A DNA stretch of 62,365 bases, counting the filler, from Aduncisulcus paluster (lineage: Eukaryota): assembly GCA_024181965.1 (NCBI GenBank). It is 8 parts of 8 records of this genome, joined end to end, with 100 filler letters (N's around TTAATTAATTAA, not from the genome) between each part and the next. Parts side by side here need not be neighbours in the genome. Positions count along the whole stretch, not along the records: positions 11,249 to 13,881 come from BQXS01011471.1; positions 13,982 to 30,315 come from BQXS01011472.1; 6 more parts are not named here. One strand, 5' to 3'. A program made the translations under genes and the position numbers. Position 1 is the stretch's first letter; each line of letters starts with the position of its first letter. A model generated the notes under the pieces. The model was not told the origin of the DNA. It saw only the letters and a program-made list of their open reading frames with translations, and searched no databases. Below are positions 12,474 to 24,400 of the stretch, piece after piece.

Positions 12474-13881
12474 TTATTTTTCCATTGATTTGCTTCTTTT
12501 TGCATGTTCTCTTTCTTCCTTCCTCATGTTTTGCCTCTCTTGCCATTCTTCCCGTCTCCACACTTTCCCGGCTCTATCTTGGATTTCTTCATCTCTGAAA
12601 GTGACCCATGCATTTCTTTCTCCTTCTTTTTGGATTTCTGCATGCAATTTGAGAGCATCTTTAACGGAGACAACACCAAACATATATCTTGAATTTGGAA
12701 TTCCAATTGCTTTTAGAGCTTTCGTGTGAGTAATATTATTGAAATGTTGTTCAAAACTCTGCTGACCTTCGTACACTTTCCCACAGATCTCACACTCGAA
12801 CTTGTGTTTCAATCCCTGTATTTTGTACAGCCAAGGGGCGATGGACAAACCATCAGCAAGGATGGGGAGTGTTTTAGATTTGTAAAATGTCGATACTTTC
12901 TTCGTTTTGTCATCCGATGTCGGTCCCACTTGCTTGTCTCCCCCATCAAGATCTCCAGAAACATCTGATTCTTCCTCCGAGGGTTCAATACCAACAATCG
13001 CACCAGTACTGGCTGTTCTTCCTTCGATTCGACTTCGAGTATGCTTAATCACAGGCCCAAGCAGAGAAGCAAGGGAGATAAGCAGGGAAATAAGAAGTCT
13101 GGGTTGAAATGAAGATAAAGGGAAAGGGAGAATGCGTGAAGATGGAGAGGAAGAGGAAGAGGAAGATAGAATATGCGAAGGGAAGAAAGGATGGAGAGAT
13201 ATATCCTTCGTTAGGGCAGAGGAAGTACTGGTAAGGAGTTGAGCATCTGGGATTGAAGAAAAAAGGACAGGCAGTGATGGGAATTGTGTTCCAGGAATAG
13301 ATTGAGGCTCCATCATATCGACTTTCTCTTCATCTTTCTCTCCTCTTTGCTCAATGATCGTCTCTCTTCCTCTCTCCTCTTCTCTCTCTTCTTCTTCCTG
13401 AGTTCCTTGGGTTCCATTCTTCCATTTCCAAACGCCAGAAGCTTCAAGTTCAGACTTGATCTTCTCTCGACATTTCACACACTTTTTCCCAGAAAGATGG
13501 TGTGAAAATAGAGTATAAGACTTAAATTGACGGTCACAAAAAGGGCAAAATGAAGGAAAGAAGAGAGAAGGGTGTGAAAAAGAAGAGGAGGAAGAAGTCA
13601 ATCCTTTTGCTTCTTCTTCCTCTCTCCTCTTCTCTCTCTTCTTCTTCCTGAGTTCCTTGGGTTCCATTCTTCCATTTCCAAACGCCAGAAGCTTCAAGTT
13701 CAGACTTGATCTTCTCTCGACATTTCACACACTTTTTCCCAGAAAGATGGTGTGAAAATAGAGTATAAGACTTAAATTGACGGTCACAAAAAGGGCAAAA
13801 TGAAGGAAAGAAGAGAGAAGGGTGTGAAAAAGAAGAGGAGGAAGAAGTCAATCCTTTTGCTTCTTCTTCCTCTTTCCTTTG
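12474..13881 (-). CDS. SF3A3: Splicing factor 3A subunit 3 (Prp9/SF3a60), 5' truncated
   Basis: DGLSIAPWLYKIQGLKHKFECEICGKVYEGQQSFEQHF...H...IGIPNS...VVSVKDALKL...EEIQDRAGKV matches the SF3a60 C-terminal zinc-finger region. An upstream matrin-type finger reads CPFCDRQF...HLSGKK. Confidence 0.88.
13365..13870. repeat. Exact 250-bp tandem duplication inside SF3A3 (likely misassembly)
   Basis: Sequence from 13371 repeats at 13621. A period of 250 breaks the frame, and it lies next to the contig end. Confidence 0.85.
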
Positions 13882-13981
13882 NNNNNNNNNNNNNNNNNNN
13901 NNNNNNNNNNNNNNNNNNNNNNNNNTTAATTAATTAANNNNNNNNNNNNNNNNNNNNNNNNNNNNNNNNNNNNNNNNNNNN
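13882..13981. other. Artificial contig linker
   Basis: N44-TTAATTAATTAA-N44. Confidence 0.97.
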
Positions 13982-13983
13982 TC

Positions 13984-15195
13984 CATCCTCTTCCTGGATG
14001 GAAGAAATCGTGTGCTGTATTGTCGCTTCCTGTTCCAACGTATCCCATCCCTCTCGAGCCTGAACCACCCAGTGCATCCTTCAACAACCCTTTATATCAC
14101 CTTGGACTGAAGATATCGCACCCTGTCTCCATGGCGTATGATGGGTATGATCTTGTCATTGGGGGAAAGAAAGGGAAGAAAGGAGAGGCAGGGAAAGTGT
14201 CTATGTTTGAACTTGAGGACAGACAGGTAGTACAGAAAAAGAAGAGGAAGAGTGATGGCAAGAAGGACAAAGAATCACCTCCCAAAACATCTGATAAATC
14301 TGAGCACAGTTATGCTGAAGATGCTGAAGAAGAGGAGAAGGATCCCCGCCGTCTTGTACACCCACCATTGACTCATATTCCAACTTTCCTCTCTAGCTTT
14401 GACCTTCCCTCGTATCCCATCTCTCTCTCCCTCTTCTCGTCTCTTCTCTTGTGCGGATGTGACGATGGTATCGTTAGAGTCAGGGATCGTGAATCTGGGC
14501 GTAGCGTATTGGATGTTGATGTTGGTGCTAAAATACTCTCTCTTACTTCTCATACAGTCATTGGGAAGATGTCTTCTTCCTCCTCCCTTTCCGATTTGGG
14601 TATTACCACTCCGTCTACCCCAACCACATCCATGAATCCAACAACAACATCATCATCTCTCAATGGTCTTGGGGTTTTATGTGGCCTGGACAGTGGAAAA
14701 GGAGTTGTTAACATCGATATGGCAACAAAAAATGTGTCCACCCTATTCAAAGCCACTTCTTGTGTGAAGGTCTGGAGTGTGTGTGGAGACGAAGGTAGTA
14801 ATCTGTTTGTTTGTGGAGGCAGTGATCGAGCCATTCGCTTGTGTGATCCTAGGATTAAGCGAACAAAAAAACGAAATGGATGCGTTGTACATTGCATTAA
14901 AGGAGCTCATAGGTCAGACGTGTCGTTTGTTTACTTGGATTCTTTCAAGCTTATTTCTGCAGGTGCTGATGGATATGTGAGTTTTTATGATGTCAGAGCC
15001 TCTTCAACGAATGATGAAGAAGAGATGAGAACAATTTCTTCACCAAACCACTCATCAGATTTAAGCACTGTCTTCTGCAAACGTATCCGAAATATGCGTG
15101 TTTTCAAGCATTCTCCTGTGATTGGTGGATACATGTGGGGTTCTCGACTGTTCTTACTGGCTGGAGATGGAAACATTCAAATGTATGAATTATAG
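13984..15195 (+). CDS. WD40-repeat protein, 5' truncated
   Basis: LLCGCDDGIVRVRD, FVCGGSDRAIRLCDPR, AHRSDVSFVYLDSFKLISAGADGYVSFYDVR. Confidence 0.85.
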   Translation, partial: HPLPGWKKSCAVLSLPVPTYPIPLEPEPPSASFNNPLYHLGLKISHPVSMAYDGYDLVIGGKKGKKGEAGKVSMFELEDRQVVQKKKRKSDGKKDKESPPKTSDKSEHSYAEDAEEEEKDPRRLVHPPLTHIPTFLSSFDLPSYPISLSLFSSLLLCGCDDGIVRVRDRESGRSVLDVDVGAKILSLTSHTVIGKMSSSSSLSDLGITTPSTPTTSMNPTTTSSSLNGLGVLCGLDSGKGVVNIDMATKNVSTLFKATSCVKVWSVCGDEGSNLFVCGGSDRAIRLCDPRIKRTKKRNGCVVHCIKGAHRSDVSFVYLDSFKLISAGADGYVSFYDVRASSTNDEEEMRTISSPNHSSDLSTVFCKRIRNMRVFKHSPVIGGYMWGSRLFLLAGDGNIQMYEL

Positions 15196-15440
15196 TATCC
15201 AGGATCAATAATTGACCATTAATCAACAGTATTGTCTGCCATATATGCAAATTTATTGACACCTTTTTGATATTCCCATCCATTTTTGAATTCAAGATAT
15301 CAGAATATTTCTCGACAATTTTTACAACATTTTCTTATTCCTTACAAGAAAATTTGCTTAGTACCCCCTTTGGTCACATCAATATATTTAAATTTTCATA
15401 ATAAATTGTACATTATTGCCGAAAAAAAAGCAGATTTGGA

Positions 15441-15506
15441 AAATGATCAAACATAATCTATTATTCATAAAATGATCAAACATAATCCATTATTCATAAA
15501 ATGATC
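15441..15506. repeat. 29-bp tandem repeat, about 2.3 copies
   Basis: aaatgatcaaacataatcYattattcata x2 plus a partial copy. Confidence 0.8.
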
Positions 15507-15586
15507 CTTACATAGCAGGTAATTTATGAATTAAATAGTAAAAAATCCTAATTCGAAGAAATTGATTGGAAAAAAATCAATAAATT

Positions 15587-15658
15587 TGCCGAGACGGAGA
15601 ATTGAACTCCGATTTGCCGGACCACAACCGGCTGTAATGGCCATTATACTATCTCAGC
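15587..15658 (-). tRNA. tRNA-His(GTG)
   Basis: Reverse complement GCTGAGA TAGTATAATGGCCATTACA GCCGG TT-GTG-GT CCGGC AAAT CGGAG TTCAATT CTCCG TCTCGGC A folds into a cloverleaf with discriminator A. Confidence 0.93.
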
Positions 15659-16053
15659 ACAATCCCAAAATTTGATTTCTTTGATTTAATTATATTTTTG
15701 CAAAAAAATTTTCAGAGGGTTGTTTTATTATGATAAATCCTGTTGTCTTGACCTCTAATAAGTATTGAGAAAAATCGAAAATTATTTAGATAATTGATTA
15801 AAAACTATTGATTAGGAGTGCGTAATGATTTGTATAAGGAAGATTTATTAGCTTCTATCACTAAAAAAATACCATTTTATGTGAGATAAAGGAATTACGT
15901 CTGAATATAATTGACAGACAACTTGTACATACTTGTTGTTTGTCTTGTTGTTGAACAACAAGTTCGATCAAACGAAACGACATAAGTTTGGAAAGAGGAT
16001 GTTTCAGCAACCTTTAGTTCTCATATGTCCAAGATATTCCCATAATTCTTCTC

Positions 16054-16592
16054 TTATGGACCCGAATAAACTGGGAAAAAGTTCAGAAGATGTTGTGTTC
16101 TTCTTTGTAAATCAAAAGTAGTCCTATGATGTTTTTTGTCTTTATGTGTTATCCTTTTTGTTATTTCTTTTTTTTCCCTGGAATACTCTCTTGAAGCAGA
16201 TATCAACTCATCTCTCATTTCTTCCAATTTTAGTTTTTCATCATATAATTTCTCTTTTTGTTCAGACATAATTTTTAAAGCTTGATCTTGAGAAATTGCA
16301 CCTTTTTCTTTTGCCTTTTTCCCCAACTCTTCAACATCGTACATTAATTTTTGTAACTCGGGCTCTGTTGAATAAATTTTCTGATGCTCCATTTTGAGGT
16401 CTTCTATCATACGGTGCATCATCATACACTCTTTTTCAGCTTCTGTCATCACTTCTTCAAGTTCTATTTGTTGCAAAACAAACAAAATACAGGAATAAGG
16501 GGGAAAAGGCAATTATCATTCAAACCATTATATATTAAAGATTCAATTACTTCAAGGCTACGTGTAGCTTGTATATAAATGGGATTTTCCAT
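16054..16592 (-). CDS. Small coiled-coil protein, two exons (intron 16464-16525)
   Basis: ATG at 16592 gives MENPIYIQATRSLEVIESLIYN. A 62-nt GTTTG...pyrimidine-rich...TAG intron joins it in frame to ELEEVMTEAEKE. Confidence 0.7.
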
Positions 16593-16698
16593 TTAAGAAG
16601 TGCACACAATTGAAATTTTCGATTTTGGGCATACTTCCAATTGCTTATGTTGCCATACAATAGTTAAATATTTGAATTTACCTAGATACACTGATTTT

Positions 16699-17940
16699 AT
16701 GTCTAAATTGAAGTCCTTATCATCTCTTGTATCTGAGATTGCTTACCGTTTACAATATATTGTGAATTATGTCGGATCTTTTTTAGAAATCCTTAAACTA
16801 GAACATTACTACGCCACGCGAGCGCTAAGTCTTCCTCAAACTCATATTTATCTCCAATCTACTCTCCCTGAGTCTTCGATAACTTCCTATTCTCCACAAA
16901 TAACAAAAACACAATCAGAGACCGATATTGTTCTATCTAAAAGTTATTTGCATGATTTACTTTCTCCCCTCCCCTCTTCTCCTCCATCTCCCACTCCTTC
17001 AAAAACCATTCGAACTCCTCCCAAAAAAATGCATGCTGGAACTCCAAATCCAAAAGTAACACCGCCTCCCTCGACAAGTGGAGCTTTACATGCGATGAAA
17101 TGTCTCCATGTTTCTCATCATTCACATCCACCTCGAGTGACATCATCCATTAAATCAATTCTCTCAAGCATTTCCAAATCAACAAAAGAAGACCTACTTC
17201 GGAGTGCAAATATTGTTCAAAAATGTCATTTTAAGAGAAATATATGTAAACTCGATGAATATTCACCACCCCATCATTCCCTTTCTCAACCTTCTTCCGG
17301 CAAAGTCCATACTTCTTCCGGCAAGGTCCATTCTTCCTCCTCCTCCTCAGATATCGATCTGGATACTCAAAACGAGGACCTTTCATCACCTTTTTGTCTC
17401 GAGATGTTTCCAGAAATGTGTGAATATATGGATATGTGTGGAATTCATATTTCTTCAGACACACTTCGACAACCTGTCAAATCCGTGTCTTCCCAAGTTA
17501 TAATTCCGGCAAAACATTCTCAAAATCAAGGAAAAGATAAACATGAGTTTCCATATGATCAGTACAATATATTCTCTATTCTTGGCGAAGTTTGTCAGGT
17601 ACCGCCCCCACTATCCAAGCCTTCTTCCTATTTACAACTATATTTATCGATCTTCTCCTCCCCACTCTTGTTCGTTCCCTCTGAACAACATCTTCGGGCG
17701 ATATCCAAGAGTTCATGTTCTGTTTTTAAAAACCGAATTGATTATTATCTTATTGAGTTGTTTTCTCCTCTCCTCTCTGAGCTTTATTCTCTATGTATTG
17801 AAGAAAGGACAGATAAGGAGAGAGAAGAGTTGTTTGATGATGAAGTGATGCGTTCTACTATTCTCTCAATATTTCGGCTATTGTCAAGTGTTTTCAAGTC
17901 ATCTTCAATCGGATATTACTCTGTCCAAGGCTTTTGTTAA
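16699..17940 (+). CDS. Hypothetical Ser/Pro-rich protein
   Basis: Long ORF, first ATG at 16699 (MSKLKSL). No recognised domain. Confidence 0.65.
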   Translation: MSKLKSLSSLVSEIAYRLQYIVNYVGSFLEILKLEHYYATRALSLPQTHIYLQSTLPESSITSYSPQITKTQSETDIVLSKSYLHDLLSPLPSSPPSPTPSKTIRTPPKKMHAGTPNPKVTPPPSTSGALHAMKCLHVSHHSHPPRVTSSIKSILSSISKSTKEDLLRSANIVQKCHFKRNICKLDEYSPPHHSLSQPSSGKVHTSSGKVHSSSSSSDIDLDTQNEDLSSPFCLEMFPEMCEYMDMCGIHISSDTLRQPVKSVSSQVIIPAKHSQNQGKDKHEFPYDQYNIFSILGEVCQVPPPLSKPSSYLQLYLSIFSSPLLFVPSEQHLRAISKSSCSVFKNRIDYYLIELFSPLLSELYSLCIEERTDKEREELFDDEVMRSTILSIFRLLSSVFKSSSIGYYSVQGFC

Positions 17941-18469
17941 GAATTTAAGTTAATAATTGTTTCTAAATTAGTCTGAAAACCAAACCTTGTTCATTTTCAG
18001 CCTAATTTAGAAACAAATGTTACACTGTATTGATGGCATAAGATGAAGGCCAAAAACAAAGCCGATAAGGTCGTATACTCGATGGTTTTCCTCGGGCTGG
18101 GGGATGAAGAGGGCCGATTATCAATGATAATTTATCATTATGATATTATGTCATCAAAAACGCCAAAAATCTCGCAAATTAAACGCAAATTACTGAAACA
18201 AATTATCGTAAAATCCTTTGATCAAAAATTTAGCGAGAACCTGCTTCACTCTGTCACGGATTAGATAGATCTAGTCTAATTCACATCGTGTTGGCCTTTT
18301 AATAAAATATTCCAGAATCCTCTTATTGCTTTTTTTCGTTTATTTATTGTTATTGAATTCGTGATTGTTTCGATTCTATATCATAGTTAAAAAGTAGATT
18401 TCTGTTCTTGACCGACATTAGAGTTTGACAGAATCATTAGGTCATTCTTTTTTTATTAAATTGACATTA

Positions 18470-21400
18470 ATGATATCTCTCAACCAGTTCACATTTCTTT
18501 TTTCGATTCTTTCCCTATTCATATTGTTTCATTCAATTGCTGCATGTTCAGAGGGTTATTATGGAGAATCGTGTGAATATATTTCTATTACAGATAGTTG
18601 TTTTCAAGCAAATATATGTATTTCTATTTATGAATATTCAGAATGTGATATTCTTGAAACTGACGCTAATTCCCTTACTTCTCTTTCTATGGCTGAAGGA
18701 TCATGTTCTATCTCTTCTGTTGATGGAATTGAACATTTTTCTAATTTAAATGAAATTGTTGTTTCCAATTTCACCGATTCGCTCGAATTTTTGTCAACTT
18801 TGCCAAATCTAGATTACCTCGTTTTTTCCAGTATTGACTATAGTCAAGATTTTTCATTTTTATCATCCCTTACGATTTCATCAGTCCAGTTCGATGATTA
18901 TTCCGTTAATTCAGCCTCCCTATCGGCTATTTTTGTCTATCTTCCATCTACTATCACATATATTGGATTAAATTTCACATTTGGGGTGGAAAATCTTAGC
19001 TTTCTAAGCGAATTATCAAGTCCTGGGACTGTTCAAACTTTCCGAATCTTGAGTGCCTATCAAGTCGTAGATTATTCCCCCATCAATATATTGACCAATC
19101 TTTCTGAGCTATTTATATCCGGAGCCTCTAATTATGTTGGTTTTGACACTCATCTTGTTGATATATTCGCCAATATATCCTCTTCTCTTACCTCTTTGTC
19201 TCTTATTGCAATTCCAACAACCTTAGACCTAAGTACCTTCACCAGTTGTTATTTGGAGTCATTTGTTGGGATATCCGTTAGTTTTCTTAATGGAGATGCC
19301 TCTCCCTTGGCGAATTGCACATCTCTCACCAAGTTGTCCATCGAATCGGACGATCTCGATTTGTCCACACTCAATGTTGATAATCTCTACAGTCTCGAGA
19401 CTCTATCCATTCGTGCTTCCGATGACAATTCATCAGGTTTTACTGCCGATTATTTATATCTACTTCCCAACTTCCAAGAGCTTTATCTCGACACTGTTGA
19501 AATAGCCTCCTCTTTCTATCAATGGTTCCGTATTTCCCCCGATATTTTTCCAGCCCTCGTATCCATTGACATATCCGGAACAGATATTGAGAGTCTTGAC
19601 GGGTTTACAATGGTTACTTCAGATTCTTTTCCTCTTCTCGAATCAGTCAATATCGACCATGCTAATATTTCAAACCCCCAACCATTAATCGATGCCTATC
19701 TTCCATCCTTAAGGAGAGTCGGTTTGCAAAGTAATTATGTATGCAACGATTATAGCTCTCCAGAAGAGTTTTCTGCACTTTTCGACCAGTATCAAGATGG
19801 CACTGGGGATTTTCAGGCGGTGGTGCTTAATCAACGGTGTAATTGTGGAAATTATACGTGGGATGACGATGGAGCCTTCTGCATGGATACGTATTTCTAT
19901 TCTTATGATGTCGGATGTGATCTTGGCGGTATTAAATCATTCTCAAGTCTTGAGGATGCACAAAGCCACGCACAAACGTTCACGTGCGTTGAGTCCATCG
20001 GTGGAAACACATGTCTCACTAGTGATGCATATCCTATTGTGATAGATGGCATTGGGAATAGACCAAGTGCCGGAGGGTGCAGCGAATATCATGAGTGTAT
20101 TTCGATTGCAGGCGGAGAACCTTATTGTGCTTGTATTGAAGGATGGTACGGTGCTGCATGTGACAAGGAATGTCCCGTCATATTGGATGAGAACGATTAT
20201 GAAGTCATGTGTTCAGATGACTCGGCTTGTCTCCAACTCATGCACACGTGTCTTTGTCCTGACTTTACTACTGGAGACGCTTGCCAATATGTGGACTTCG
20301 TTGATGAAAACCTCCCTATATATCTGTGCGATGAAACTCTTCAGTCTCAGTCCAAATATATGGGGTTTGTTGACAATGAACCATTCGAATGCACGGAGGA
20401 TGGAAATATTCTCATTACAGACATGGCTAAGCTCTTGTTTCTTAATTTAGAGAATTCCAATGTCACTGATCTCACTGGTCTCTTATTTGCAACAAGTTTG
20501 ACCTCTTTGATGATGGATTCAATCAACTTAACTGAAGATGCCGCATCCTCGATCGATTTGTCTGAATTTACGACAATGACAGAACTTGAATCGTTAACCA
20601 TCTCCTCTTCTTCAAATTTCTCAATATCGACCGAGTCTATCCTCAACCTTCCAGCTTCTTTGGTTTCTCTGAGATTTACAAACGATCAAGTGGGAGAAGA
20701 TGTTGATTTCTCTCCTTTAGAAAATCTTGTTCTTCTCGACCTTGCCGATAATTCAGATTTCAATCTCACACTGGTTAATTTGCTTCCTGACAGTTTAGAA
20801 TCCCTTGATGTCGCCAACACAAGCTTTTCTCTTCCTATTCCGGGTATTTTACCTCAATACATCAGATCGCTTAACTTGATGGGCACACCTGTTGAATTTC
20901 CATCATCTTTTGATAATATGACACAAAATGATGGATCTCAACTTCCAAATCTTATTTCCTTGTCCATTTCTGAAACCTCAATATCATCCTTCACGGGTCT
21001 TCCATCCACTATTTCAACACTCACAGCTGCCAGTTGTCCAGGCTTATCTTTACTATCTCTAACAAATACGTCTGCTCTGAGTGCTGTCGTTCAGCTTGAT
21101 TTGTCAAATAATAACATATCTGACCCATCTCCATTATACTTTATGGAAAACCTGGAGAATATTAATCTTTCTCAAAATTCTATTTGTGGATCAGATGTAA
21201 GTTCTCTCCTTCTTCTCGATAAATTCATCAGTGACGATATTGAAATTGAAGTTGAGGATAATTTATGCCCTCAATGCGATGGATCAACTTGTTTAGCGTG
21301 TTTAACACTTGAAAATACTTCCATTTCTGAAAACAAGGTATGTGTGGAGACTTATTTCGGTTCTGGATCGTACCAATCTGTTTGTGCAAGTGATTCTTTC

Positions 21401-24400
21401 GTGGAATACACTTCTTTGAATACATTTACATGCACCCAACCTCTCTGTGATGGTGGAAACTCATATTGTTGTGCTGCGTGTCCATACGGTCAAGAATGTA
21501 GATTTTCCTCTGTTTCCGGTGAGAGTTCATGTGTAGATATCATTCCTGACGACGACTTACACTCATCAATCGCCAATCTTCTTGATGACTCTGATCAGGA
21601 CATTACGAATGGTTTATTCAGCGTTGCCTCTTTGAAGTCACTTGTTTCTTCAACCGATGAACAAGATAATGTCGCACCGATTCTTGATTGCACTGGTTCA
21701 AATGTCAGTGATTTGACAGGAATTGAACATCTTCAAGGGATATCAGAGGTATATCTGGATGAATGTCCATTGAATGCCTCCTCAAATCTCTCAAATCTCT
21801 CAGTTTTATTTGGTCTTGAGAAACTTTCGATGAATTCTATCGAAGCAAACACTGAACTTCCCGACCTTTCTGATCTCGAGCTTCTCACATGGTTTGACAT
21901 TCATAATTCCTCATTCTCCATTCCGGGAGATGCATATGTTCTTCCCTCTAGCTTGTTGTATATCAATTTGAATGGTTCCTCAATTGATCAGAGTGGATTT
22001 GACTGGAATATTGCTGAAAGATTACAATATCTTTTGACTCTAAATATTGGTTCGACTGTTGTGACCGATATCTCTAAGCTATCGCTTTTACAAAGACAAT
22101 CTATTCGTGTTTTGGATGTCTCGTATCTTGATTTGGGTACAGATTCCATTTCCGTTATTGAATCGATGAACCATCTTATATCTATCACTCTTGATGGCTG
22201 TACAAATATTACCACAATCCCCGATCTCTCTGAGAGTTATGACAGTTTGCTGAATCTTAGTATAGCCTTCAACCCTTCTCTCACAACGTTATATCCTTTG
22301 TTCCAATATGGACTCTCTAATCTGACCTCAATCGATGTGTCTAGCTCTTTCATTAGTGATATTTCACCATTATTCGATATGCCTGCACTCTTGAGTATTG
22401 CCGCAAACAATACCGCAGTATGCGTTGGCTCATCCTCTCCTGAGGATTATTACCTGTATTTTGTGAATGGATCAGAGACCGATTTTGTTCTATATATGGA
22501 TCCATTATCATGTAATTGTGAAGATTCTTTGTCCTCTATTCCTATTTCTGATTTTAAGGTCTGCAGTGAGACTAAACCTGGCTCAAATACCTGGTATCCT
22601 GTCTGCTCCAGCCATAGCATTGCATCATACACATCTGTGGATACCTTCGAGTGTCTAGCTCCACTCAACACAGATGGTGAAACATATGGATGTTCTGGAG
22701 GTTGTGAGTATGGATATGAATGTAGATATGATGATGAAACACAAGCTTCCTCTTCATGTTATCATGTGATTGCTGATACTAACTTGAGAGCACACGTGAC
22801 AAATCTGATCTCTGATAGCCATCGCGTTAGTTCACAAGGAGAATATCTTGTTAATGCCGCATCTCTGAAACATTACTCTGGAACAGAGATATATTTCTCT
22901 GGATATGAGTTGGAGAGTGATGAATTGGTAAATGATCTCACTGGTCTCGAATACATGTCTTCCTTGACAAGCATAAATATGTCATCCCATTCCTTCTCTT
23001 CTTGTGACCCTATTAAATATCTCCCATCTGTTTCAAGTTTGATTCTCGGTCACAATGCCAATCTCTCTGATATTTCCTGTGTTTGTCCTTACCAATCGTT
23101 GGTTACATTGGATATTTCTGCATCTCCTGTGCTTGAATTGCCCTCTTCGTGTTCGTTTTCTCCCTTTTCTTCTGTCACTTCTCTTGGCATTTCAGATACT
23201 CTTATTGCAGACCTCAGTGTGTTGCTTGACGATAACGATGAAAATAACACTCTGACGAGACTATCTCTCGCTTCAACAGATCTCTATACCTATAGTGGAG
23301 AATTTGAAGCATATATTGACATTTCTCAGCTTTTATCTTTCTCTTCTATCGAGGATTTGGATATTAGTGGCCTTGAATTGTCCGAATCTTCACTTCAAAA
23401 TTTACTTCATTTGTCTCTGAGATATCTTACTATTGCTGACAATTTACTTTACGACATTTCTCCATTGTATCAGCTTAACCAATCACTAATCTATCTTGAT
23501 ATCTCTGAAAATAATATTTGTAATGCTAATTCTGAACAATATTCCTCGTATTTGCCCTCTACTTCCATTATTCTGAACAATCAAAATGAGACAGATTGCG
23601 ATAATTGTACAGTGTCAGTGACTCTAGATGATGGAACAGTCATTCATGCCAGTGAATCCTCAGATTCTGGGTCAATTTCTGCCAATACTGTGTGTCGTGC
23701 AGTATGGGATTGGACTGAAACGGATGAAATGACGATGGAAAGTACTTTACACCAGTATTGGAACGTTGAGTGTAACTTATACAGTTATCTTGCCGAAGAT
23801 GGAACATGCATATCCTATATCAACTCTGTCACCTCTGCACCAGCCTCTTCCTTCCCCCTCTGCGTTGAGGAGCGTATGGACCATATAACTAAAATGTGCG
23901 ATAATTCTGCGGGTGACTCTACAACCTGTATTGATGGGTGGTATGGTTCTGAGTGTATAGACGAATGTCCAACAGACTCAGATGGGTTTGTGTGCGGAAA
24001 TAATGGAACGTGTCAGTATGATAGTCGTGCTTGTGAATGTGACGATTCTCATCAGGGTTCTTATTGTCAGTATGTTTTATTTGATGATTCTGATCTTGAA
24101 GCGTTTATATGTGATAACATTGAGGGATTAACCTGCAGTGTCGATGGACACATGTTGTTCGAAGACCTTGAATCGGTCACAGAACTTGATTTATCGGGCC
24201 AAACTGATATCACATCAATTGGTGGAATTGAGTATGCCGTCAATCTAATATCCTTATCGTTGAGTTCAATCTCTCTGTCAGATTCTACGAATGTTACTGA
24301 ACTCTGTGAATTAACCTCCCTTGAGAACTTAGATCTTAGCAATTCAAATATATCGTCAATCGGCTGTTCTATCGATTCGATATCCACTCTCGATATTAGT

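Noticed and set aside
13365-13870. Zinc-finger exon duplication in SF3A3
   Set aside because: Exact 250-bp copy that breaks the frame, bounded by CT-rich microsatellite next to a contig end; most likely misassembly.
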